Positions 37,697 through 45,503 of a stretch of 64,000 nucleotides of DNA are shown piece by piece. The translations under genes and the position numbers were made by a program. Position 1 is the stretch's first letter; each line of letters begins with the position of its first letter. Below the pieces are notes generated by a model. It was not told the origin of the DNA. It saw only the letters and a list, made by a program, of their open reading frames with translations, and searched no databases. Location: assembly GCF_029626155.1 (NCBI RefSeq), contig NZ_JARUBL010000001.1:7692816-7756815 (forward strand), read 5' to 3'. The stretch comes from Solwaraspora sp. WMMD1047 (GTDB lineage Bacteria; Actinomycetota; Actinomycetes; Mycobacteriales; Micromonosporaceae).

Positions 37697-37762
37697 CGGC
37701 TTACCCACCGCAGCGACGACGACGGTCGCGATGTCCCCCGGTAGGGATATCGTCCGGCGGTA

Positions 37763-38880
37763 TGGAGCTGACCTCGGACCAGGTGCTGGCGCTGCGGATG
37801 GTGAGCCTGCTGCTTCGCGAGCCGGCCGGCGCGGCAAAGCGGCCCGGTGACGTGGCCGGGATCGTGGAGTGGTTCGGCGCCATGCAGGCGCAGGACGTGG
37901 CCAGCGGGATGTGGTCGCTGGGTCTGCGGCTGCCGGGCGCCACCCAGGACGACGTGCAGGCGGCGCTGGAGCGGCGGGAGGCGATCCGGACCTGGCCGAT
38001 GCGCGGCACCGTGCACCTGGTGCCGCCGCGGGACGCGCACTGGATGCTCGACCTGATGGGGGTGCGGGCGTTGGCCGGGGTACGGCAGCGCCGGGAAAAC
38101 CTCGGTCTTGACGTCGAGACCGCCGACCGGGCGGTGGAGGTGCTGGGCGAGGCGCTCGCCGGTGGCGGCCGGTTCACCCGGGCACAGTGCCTGGCCACGC
38201 TGACGGCCGCCGGCATCGCCGCCGAGGGGCAGCGCCTCTACCACCTGCTCTGGTACGCCTCCCAGCGCGGCGTGCTCTGCATCGCGCCGCACATCGGCAA
38301 GGAGCAGACGTTCGTGCTGCTCGACGAGTGGGTGCCCGACCCGCACCGGCCGGAGCGGGACGAGGCACTCGGCATCATCGCCCGGCGCTACTTCCGCAGC
38401 CACGGTCCCACCAGCCGGCAGGACTTCGCCGGCTGGACCGGGCTCACCGCGGCCGACGCCAAACGCGGCATCGCGGTGGCCGGCGACGCGTTGACCGCCG
38501 TGCGCTCCGACGGCGCCGAGCTGTACGCGGACGCGGCGCTGCTCGACGCGTACGACGGCGGGGCTGGTTGGCAGGTCGACGACCTGCATGCGCTGCCCGG
38601 CTTCGACGAGTATCTGCTCGGCTTCAAGGACCGGTCGCTGATGGTGGCTCCGGAGCACAAGCAGGCGATCATCCCCGGCAACAACGGCGTCTTCCAGTCG
38701 ACAGTGGTTCGGGCCGGCCGGGTCATCGCCACCTGGAAACGCACCACCACCAAAACCCGCACCACCATCCGGATCCAGCCGTTGACCCCCACCACCAAAG
38801 AAACCCGCGCCCGGGTGGAGCAGACCTTCACCCCCTACGCCCACTACCTGACCCACCCACTCCACTTCGCGTGGGCCTGA
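37763..38880 (+). CDS. Winged-helix DNA-binding domain protein of the AlkZ/YcaQ DNA-glycosylase family
   Basis: 372 aa. N-terminal …LALRMVSLLL… and the central …QAQD……GTVHLVPPRD… regions are characteristic of the YcaQ/AlkZ interstrand-crosslink glycosylase family (established knowledge; assigned by pattern). Confidence 0.6.
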
Positions 38881-38965
38881 GATCACTGCAGAGCGAGTCC
38901 AGCATGCATCTTTGGTTTCATGACGCAACCAGACAAACAACCCGAACTCCGAGGTCTGGGCGGAG

Positions 38966-39052
38966 CGGAGGGTGTGGGATTCGAACCCACGAAGAGGTTG
39001 CCCCCTTACCGGTTTTCAAGACCAGCGCCATCGGCCACTAGGCGAACCCTCC
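38966..39052 (-). tRNA. tRNA-Ser (anticodon TGA), class II with long variable arm; CCA not encoded
   Basis: Minus strand GGAGGGT-TC-GCCTAGTGGCCGATGGCG-CTGGT-CTTGAAA-ACCGG-TAAGGGGGCAACCTCTTC-GTGGGTTCGAATCCCAC-ACCCTCC-G. It has a 7-bp acceptor stem, anticodon loop CTTGAAA, and a GTTCGAATC T-loop. Confidence 0.75.
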
Positions 39053-39141
39053 ACGGCGGTGACACACGGCCGCCGCCGGACCTAGTGTGCCATGCGGCCG
39101 ACACCCCGACGTGGCGCCCGGGTCTGGGTCAGACTTGAGCC

Positions 39142-40131
39142 ATGTACGCGATCACGATCCCCGAGCCCGGCGGACCCGACGCCCTGGTCTGGGCCCAGGT
39201 GCCCGACCCGGAGCCCGACCCCGACGAGGTGGTGATCGAGGTACGCGCCAGCGCGGTCAACCGGGCCGACCTGCTCCAACGGCAGGGCAACTACCCGTCC
39301 CCGCCCGGCATCCCGCCGTACCCCGGTCTGGAATGTTCCGGGGTTGTCGCCGAGGTCGGCGCCGAGGTGACCGGGTGGCGGGTCGGCGACCAGGTCTGCG
39401 CCCTGCTGGCCGGCGGCGGGTACGCCCAGCGGGTCGCGGTGCCCGCCGGGCAGCTGCTGCCGGTGCCGGCGGCACTGGATCCGGAGTCCGCCGCCGCACT
39501 GCCGGAGGTGGCCTGCACGGTCTGGTCGAACGTGGTCCAGCTCGCCCACCTGGGGATGGGCGAGACGCTACTGGTGCACGGCGGCGGCAGCGGGATCGGC
39601 ACCTTCGCCGTGCAGCTCGGCGCGGCGCTGGGCGCCACGGTGATCGCGACCGCGCGGGCCGCCAAGCACGAGCCGCTGCGCGAGCTGGGCGCGGCGCACC
39701 TGATCGACTACACCGAAGCGGATTTCGTCGCGGCGGTCCGGGAGCTGACCGACGGCCGGGGCGTCGACGTGATCCTGGACATCATCGGCGCCGCCTACCT
39801 GGGCCGAAACGTCGGCGCGCTGGCCACCAACGGGCGGCTGGTGGTGATCGGCCTGCAGGGCGGCCGGAAGGCGGAGCTGGACCTCTCCGCGCTGATGAGC
39901 AAGCGGGCCAGCCTGATCGCGACGACGCTGCGGGCCCGGCCGGTCGCCGAGAAGGCCGCCATCGTCCGGGGCGTACGCGAGGAGATCTGGCCGCTCGTCG
40001 AGTCGGGGAGCATCGTGCCGGTGGTGGACCGGCGGGTGCCGATGGCAATGGCCGCCGAGGCGCACCGGATCGTCGAGAACAGCGACCACCTGGGCAAGGT
40101 GCTGCTGGTCAACGAGGAGCGGCCGGCGTGA
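39142..40131 (+). CDS. NADPH:quinone oxidoreductase (zinc-ADH/MDR superfamily, Qor-like)
   Basis: …VRASAVNRADLLQRQGNYP…, Rossmann GGGSGIGTFAVQL. 329 aa. Confidence 0.8.
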   Translation: MYAITIPEPGGPDALVWAQVPDPEPDPDEVVIEVRASAVNRADLLQRQGNYPSPPGIPPYPGLECSGVVAEVGAEVTGWRVGDQVCALLAGGGYAQRVAVPAGQLLPVPAALDPESAAALPEVACTVWSNVVQLAHLGMGETLLVHGGGSGIGTFAVQLGAALGATVIATARAAKHEPLRELGAAHLIDYTEADFVAAVRELTDGRGVDVILDIIGAAYLGRNVGALATNGRLVVIGLQGGRKAELDLSALMSKRASLIATTLRARPVAEKAAIVRGVREEIWPLVESGSIVPVVDRRVPMAMAAEAHRIVENSDHLGKVLLVNEERPA

Positions 40132-40555
40132 TCCGCTGGGCACCCGTGCCCTGCGCGGCCAGTTCGTCGCCCGGGTTGTAGAGCCGGCAGCGCTGCAACG
40201 AGAGGCAGCCGCAGCCGATGCAGCCGGTCAGCTCGTCCCGCAGTTGGGTGAGCAGGTCGATCCGCTCGTCGAGCTTCGACCGCCAGGTCGCCGAGAGCCG
40301 CGCCCAGTCCGCCTTCGTCGGGGTACGCGACTCCGGCAGCGATTCGAGTGCGGTGCGGATGTCGGCGAGCGAGATCCCGACCTGCTGGGCGATCCGGATG
40401 AACGCCACCCGGCGCAGCTCGGCCCGCTCGTACCGGCGCTGGTTCCCGCCGGTGCGGGCGGCCCGGATCAGCCCGAGCCGCTCGTAGTAGCGCAGCGCCG
40501 ACTGCGCCACCCCGGAGCGGGCGGCCAGATCGCCAATGGTCAATGACTCCTGCAT
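40109..40555 (-). CDS. soxR: Redox-sensitive MerR-family activator SoxR
   Basis: MerR HTH (LTIGDLAARSGVAQSALRYYERLGLI) plus the [2Fe-2S] cluster motif CIGCGCLSLQRC near the C-terminus. Confidence 0.8.
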   Translation of the reverse strand: MQESLTIGDLAARSGVAQSALRYYERLGLIRAARTGGNQRRYERAELRRVAFIRIAQQVGISLADIRTALESLPESRTPTKADWARLSATWRSKLDERIDLLTQLRDELTGCIGCGCLSLQRCRLYNPGDELAAQGTGAQRITPAAPR

Positions 40556-40601
40556 CACGGCACCTTGAGTTGAAGTTAGCTTCAGGTTGCAGGCTATCGC
40601 C

Positions 40602-41357
40602 ATGACCGCAGTCACCACCAACGTCCGGGCCACCTCCCGGGCCGAAGCCGCCGAGGTGCTCTGGCCGCTGCTCGACCGGATCACCGGGGACGAGAAGCAC
40701 GCCTGGAGCGCGTACTCCACACTGGACGTCATCTGGGTGCTCTATGACCGGGTGCTCCGGGTCACTCCGGACACCGGGGACGACCAGACCCGCGACCGGT
40801 TCCTGCTCTCCAAAGGCCACGGGCCGGCCGCCTACTACGCGGTCCTGGCCGCCAAGGGCTTCATCCCGCCCGACTGGCTCGACGACCTGGCCGGCCCGCG
40901 CAGCCGACTGGGTCACCACCCCGACCGTCTGCTCGTCCCCGGGGTGGAGATCGGCTCCGGCTCGCTCGGACACGGTCTCGGCCTGGCCGTCGGCACGGCG
41001 CTCGGCCTGCGCGCCCAGGGCCTGATGCCCGGCGGACCGGGCGAAAAGCCGAACCCTCGGGTGTACGTGCTACTCGGCGACGCCGAGTTGGACGAGGGCT
41101 CCAACCACGAGGCGATCGCGTACGCGGGTGCGACCGGCCTGGCCAACCTCACCGCGATCGTGCTGGACAACGGCTCGGCCACGCACGGCTGGCCGGGCGG
41201 CATCGCCAGCCGGTTCACCGTGAACGGCTGGACCGCCACGACCGTCGACGGCCGCGACCACGACGCGATCGAGACCGCCCTGACCCACCGACCCGACCCC
41301 GCCCGCCAATCCGACCGGCCGCACGTCGTCGTCGCGGTCGTCCGTCCCGGGGAGTGA
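40602..41357 (+). CDS. Transketolase, N-terminal (TPP-binding) subunit of a split transketolase
   Basis: …SKGHGPAAYYAVLAAKGF…, …GSLGHGLGLAVG…, …VLLGDAELDEGSNHEA…. Confidence 0.75.
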   Translation: MTAVTTNVRATSRAEAAEVLWPLLDRITGDEKHAWSAYSTLDVIWVLYDRVLRVTPDTGDDQTRDRFLLSKGHGPAAYYAVLAAKGFIPPDWLDDLAGPRSRLGHHPDRLLVPGVEIGSGSLGHGLGLAVGTALGLRAQGLMPGGPGEKPNPRVYVLLGDAELDEGSNHEAIAYAGATGLANLTAIVLDNGSATHGWPGGIASRFTVNGWTATTVDGRDHDAIETALTHRPDPARQSDRPHVVVAVVRPGE

Positions 41358-42292
41358 CCGCCATGCGTGCCGCCTTCATCGACACCGCCACCGAGATCCT
41401 GGCCGACGATCCGCGTACGGCGTTGGTGTTGGCCGACATCTCGGCCGCCAGCTTCGCGCCGGCCGCCCGCCGGCACCCCGATCGGGTACTCAACGTGGGC
41501 ATCCGCGAACAGCTCATGATCGGCGTGGCCGGCGGGCTGGCCCTGACCGGGCTGCGGCCGATCGCCCACTCCTACGCGCCGTTCCTGGTCGACCGGGCGT
41601 ACGAGCAGATCAAGCTGGACCTCAACCACCAGGGCGTCGGGGCGATCCTGGTCAGCGTCGGCGCCTCCTACGACGGGTCGAGCGAAGGCCGGACCCACCA
41701 GTCCCCGGGGGACGTGGCGCTCTTCGACACGCTCGGCGACTGGACCGTGCACGTACCCGGGCACCCGGCCGAGGTGCCGGCGCTGCTGCGCGCCGCCGCC
41801 CGACACGACCGGGGGGTCTACCTGCGGCTGTCCGAGTTGGCGAACAGCGAGGCCCGGCCGGGCACCGACCGGCTCCGGATCGTCCGCCGGGGTGGTCCGC
41901 AGGCGCCGCTGGTGGTGGCGGTCGGGCCGACGCTCGACGCCACCCTGTCGGCGGTGGCGGAGCTGGACGTCACGGTGGCGTACACCCACACGCCGCGCCC
42001 GTTCGACGGCGCCGGCCTGCGGGCGCACGCCGGTCGGGACGTGGTTCTGGTGGAGCCGTACCTGGCCGGCACCTCGGCGGGGCAGGTCTCGGCGGCGCTG
42101 GCCGATCTCCCGCACCGGCTACTGACGCTGGGCGTGGGGCGCACCGACCTGCGCCGGTACGGCAGTCCGGCCGACCACACCCGATGGCACGGCCTCCACG
42201 CCGAAGGACTGGCCGAATCGATCCGCGCCTTCATCATCCAGTGCGCGGCCGTCACAGGATCGGAAGGACATCCGGCACGCCCTCACCCCTGA
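41354..42292 (+). CDS. Transketolase, C-terminal (pyrimidine-binding) subunit
   Basis: …NVGIREQLMIGVAGGLALTGLRP…, translationally coupled to the N-terminal subunit. Confidence 0.75.
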   Translation: MTAMRAAFIDTATEILADDPRTALVLADISAASFAPAARRHPDRVLNVGIREQLMIGVAGGLALTGLRPIAHSYAPFLVDRAYEQIKLDLNHQGVGAILVSVGASYDGSSEGRTHQSPGDVALFDTLGDWTVHVPGHPAEVPALLRAAARHDRGVYLRLSELANSEARPGTDRLRIVRRGGPQAPLVVAVGPTLDATLSAVAELDVTVAYTHTPRPFDGAGLRAHAGRDVVLVEPYLAGTSAGQVSAALADLPHRLLTLGVGRTDLRRYGSPADHTRWHGLHAEGLAESIRAFIIQCAAVTGSEGHPARPHP

Positions 42293-42342
42293 TCGCGTAC
42301 CCGATGTCCTTTCGATCTTGGGCAACGCCGTGGGCGGTGAGG

Positions 42343-43050
42343 TCAGGGCTTGCGGGGGGCTTTGCCGCGGCGGCGGCCACGCTCCCGGCCGAGGATCCAG
42401 AGCGCCTCGACGCCGTCCTTCCAGGTGATCTTCTTGCCCTCTTCCCGGCCCCGGGCGCGGTAGCTGATCGGCACCTCGTACGGGCGGATCCGGCGGCGCA
42501 GCAGCTTGCCGGTGACCTCGGCCTCCATCCCGAAGCCCTTGGACTTGACCTCCAACGACCGGTAGAGCGAGACCGGCATCAGCTTGAAGCAGGTCTCCAG
42601 GTCGCCGATGTACGAGTTGAAGAGCACGTTGGCCGCCGTGGTGACCGCCTTGTTGCCCATCACGTACCAGAAGCTGTAGGCGCTGTGGCTGCCGAATGTC
42701 CGATTACCGTAGACAACGGTGGCACGTCCGTCGAGGACCGGTTCGAGAAGCTTTGTGATGTCCTGCGGGTCGTACTCCAGATCCGCGTCGAGAATCACCA
42801 TGTACTCGCCCTCGGCGTTCTCGACCGCCGTCCTGATCGCCGCGCCCTTACCCGAGTTGCGGGGATGGGTGATCACCCGCAGTCGGGCGTCGTCGGCACG
42901 ACCGAGGATCTCGCCCGTTCCGTCCCGGCTGCCGTCATCCACGACGACCAGCTCGATCTCGCACGGGTAGTCGACCGCGAGCGCCTGCTTGAGGGCGTCC
43001 GCGATGCGCTCTTCCTCGTTGTAGACCGGCATGAGAATCGAAAGCTTCAC
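42343..43050 (-). CDS. GT2-family glycosyltransferase, polyprenol-phosphate sugar synthase-like (Ppm1/DPM1-like)
   Basis: MKLSILMPVYNEEERI…VVDDGSRDGT…ILDADLEYDP… are the canonical GT2 DxD-region motifs. Confidence 0.75.
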   Translation of the reverse strand: MKLSILMPVYNEEERIADALKQALAVDYPCEIELVVVDDGSRDGTGEILGRADDARLRVITHPRNSGKGAAIRTAVENAEGEYMVILDADLEYDPQDITKLLEPVLDGRATVVYGNRTFGSHSAYSFWYVMGNKAVTTAANVLFNSYIGDLETCFKLMPVSLYRSLEVKSKGFGMEAEVTGKLLRRRIRPYEVPISYRARGREEGKKITWKDGVEALWILGRERGRRRGKAPRKP

Positions 43051-43178
43051 GGGATCTCCACAGTGCTGAGGACGAATCCGCCCTAGCCTAGCCTGGTTGG
43101 CGCCATCCGAACGCCCGCCGTCGCCCAGCGGGGGCGGCTAGCTGGTCCGCCCTGCTCGGGTGGTGTTTACTTCCGGCC

Positions 43179-45368
43179 ATGCCGGCAGCGGGTTATCCAT
43201 TGGCAGTCGCGCCTGTCCTGGCGTTCCTACTGCTCAGTCACGCCCTTCGGCCGGGCACCCCGGTGGCCGCACCGCGCCGGCTGGCCGCCGTGCGGGCCGC
43301 GCTCGCCACCGGCGGCTTCGCCGTGCTCATGGTCGAGGGTCTGGGCGCCGTCGGTGGTCTCAACGTGGCCGCGTTCGCGCTGGGCTGGCTGGCCTTTCTG
43401 ACCGCCTGCGGCGTACTCGCCTGGCGGCGACGGCGGACGGACCTGGGGTCGGGGCCGGCGCCTGGACCGGCGGTGGGGCCGGTCCGGAGCTGGGTCGGCA
43501 GCGCTCGGCGGTTACCGCGGGCCGCACGGGAGTTCTGGCGGCAGGCGGCCGTGGCCGACCGGCTGCTCGCCGGTACGGTCGGCGGCCTGGTGCTCGTCGA
43601 GTTCGGCATCGCGCTGCTGGCCGAGCCGAACAACTTCGACTCACAGACCTACCACCTGCCGAAGGTGGAGCACTGGGTGGCCCAGGGCAGCCTGGATTTC
43701 TGGCCGACCGCCATCCACCGGCAGGTGACCATCCCGCCCGGCGCGGAGTACCTGCTGCTGCACCTGCGCCTGTTCACCTCGGGTGACGCCCTGCACAACC
43801 TGGTCCAGTGGGCCGCCGGGGTCGGCTGCCTGGTGGCGGCGACCCGGATCGTCGCCCAGCTCGGTGGCTCCCGGCGGGCCCAACTGCTCGCCGCCTTCCT
43901 GCTCGCCACCACCCCGATGATCGCCCTCCAGGCCACCAGTACCCAGACCGACCTGGTGGTCGCCGCCTGGGTGGCCGCCGCCGCCACCCTGGTACTGGAC
44001 GGCCTGACCCGACCGGCCACCGCCGGGTCGGTGCTCGCCCTCGGTGCGGCCACCGGGCTGACCGCGATCACCAAGACGAGCGGACTGCTGGGGGTCGGTC
44101 CACTGCTGGTGTTCTGGGGAGTCGCCCAGCTCCGCCTGGCCTGGACCGGCACCGCCGGCCAGCCGGCCTGGACCGGCACCGCCGGGCAGCCGGCCCGGAC
44201 CGGCACCGCCGGGCGGGTGCGCGGGTTGGCTCGGGTCGTCGGGTCGGGGGTGGCCGTCCTGGTGGTGGCCGCCGCGTTCACCGGCCCGTTCCTGGTCCGG
44301 GTGGCGGCCGAGTTCGGCCACCCGCTCGGACCGCCCCGGCTGCGCGAGTCCATCCCGATGCAGCGGCACGACCCCGGCTCGGTGCTGATCAACGGGCTGC
44401 GGATCGGGCACACCGCGCTGGACACGCCGGTCGGCGTGCTGCGCGACGCGACCGCGTCGGCGATCCGCGGCACGGCCGGGGTGCTCGGGGTGGACCCGCA
44501 GGATCGCGCCACCACCTTCGGGCAGACGACCTGGCCGGTCCGCTCCTGGTACCCGGACGAGGATCGGGTGGCGTTCCCGCTCGTCGGCGCGTTGATGCTG
44601 CTCGGTGCCGGTTTCGCGCTGGCCCGACCGGCCCGGCTCGCCCCCCGCCACCCGACCGTCCTGCGCGGGTACGCCGCCACGGTCACGGCGGCCGTCCTGC
44701 TGCACGTCACCATGATCAAATGGCAGCCCTGGGGGAACCGACTGCTGGTCTACGCCCTGGTCCTGGCCGCACCGCTGGCCGCCCTCTGGCTGGCCGCCCT
44801 GTTCCGCCGGCCCGACAGCCAACCCGACCGCCAACCCGACCGCTCAGCCGACGGCCAGACTGAGCGCCAGATCGACGGCCAGACCGGCAACCGGGCCGGC
44901 CGGCAGCCCCAGCAGCAGTCGGTCGCGGCGCTCGTCGCGGTCGCGGTGCTGGCCACCTGCGCGCTGGCCGGCGTACTCGCCATCTCGTACGGATTCCCGC
45001 GCCGCCTGGTCGGCTCCGGGTCGCTGCTGACCAGCTCGGACTGGGAGACCCGGTTCCTGCGTCGTCCACAGTGGGCGGAGGAGTTCCGGTGGGCCGCCGA
45101 CGCGGTGCGGGCCAGCGATGCCCGCCGGGTGGGGCTGGTGCAGCAGAACGACAACTGGGAGTACCCGTGGTGGCTGCTGCTGCGCGACGGCAACGAGCTG
45201 GAGCTGGTGGCGCTGCAGTCGGTGCTGCCCGACCGCCCGCCGGCCCGGCCGGACACCGTGGACGCGATCGTCTGCACCGGCACCCGGGCCGCCTGCACCC
45301 GGCTGGTGCCCGACGGCTGGCAGGTGCGGTTCCGGGGCTACGTCGGCTATGCCCTGCCACCCGGCTGA
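43179..45368 (+). CDS. Large polytopic membrane protein, possibly a GT-C-type (polyprenyl-phosphate-sugar dependent) glycosyltransferase
   Basis: 729 aa with more than 10 predicted TM helices. Divergent from a GT2 polyprenol-P-sugar synthase-like gene. Function is inferred from context only. Confidence 0.4.
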   Translation: MPAAGYPLAVAPVLAFLLLSHALRPGTPVAAPRRLAAVRAALATGGFAVLMVEGLGAVGGLNVAAFALGWLAFLTACGVLAWRRRRTDLGSGPAPGPAVGPVRSWVGSARRLPRAAREFWRQAAVADRLLAGTVGGLVLVEFGIALLAEPNNFDSQTYHLPKVEHWVAQGSLDFWPTAIHRQVTIPPGAEYLLLHLRLFTSGDALHNLVQWAAGVGCLVAATRIVAQLGGSRRAQLLAAFLLATTPMIALQATSTQTDLVVAAWVAAAATLVLDGLTRPATAGSVLALGAATGLTAITKTSGLLGVGPLLVFWGVAQLRLAWTGTAGQPAWTGTAGQPARTGTAGRVRGLARVVGSGVAVLVVAAAFTGPFLVRVAAEFGHPLGPPRLRESIPMQRHDPGSVLINGLRIGHTALDTPVGVLRDATASAIRGTAGVLGVDPQDRATTFGQTTWPVRSWYPDEDRVAFPLVGALMLLGAGFALARPARLAPRHPTVLRGYAATVTAAVLLHVTMIKWQPWGNRLLVYALVLAAPLAALWLAALFRRPDSQPDRQPDRSADGQTERQIDGQTGNRAGRQPQQQSVAALVAVAVLATCALAGVLAISYGFPRRLVGSGSLLTSSDWETRFLRRPQWAEEFRWAADAVRASDARRVGLVQQNDNWEYPWWLLLRDGNELELVALQSVLPDRPPARPDTVDAIVCTGTRAACTRLVPDGWQVRFRGYVGYALPPG
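44139..44219. repeat. In-frame 27-bp tandem repeat x3 (gcctggaccggcaccgccggccagccg) encoding AWTGTAGQP repeats
   Basis: Direct inspection. Lies inside the membrane protein 43179..45368. Confidence 0.8.
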
Positions 45369-45503
45369 CCGTCCCGAGCAGACCGCGACTGGCCTGCCAG
45401 GACATCAGCCCGAAACAAGTTACTGAAAGGTATTCACATTGCTGATGCGCTGGGCTACCGTCTGAACACTCGATCGAACTCCCACGATCGAAGTGAAAGG
45501 ACC

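Noticed and set aside
35200-38966. Search for att-like direct repeat of the tRNA-Ser 3' end bounding the low-GC islet
   Set aside because: No copy of GGGATTCGAACCC-like sequence was seen at the purD-proximal edge by eye. Island borders therefore remain undefined and a degenerate copy cannot be excluded without alignment.
40556-40601. Candidate SoxR box in the soxR–transketolase intergenic gap
   Set aside because: Only a partial palindrome (ACCTTGAG…CTTCAGGT) with 10-bp centre spacing instead of the 4-bp core of the canonical 18-bp SoxR box. Kept only as a note in a finding.
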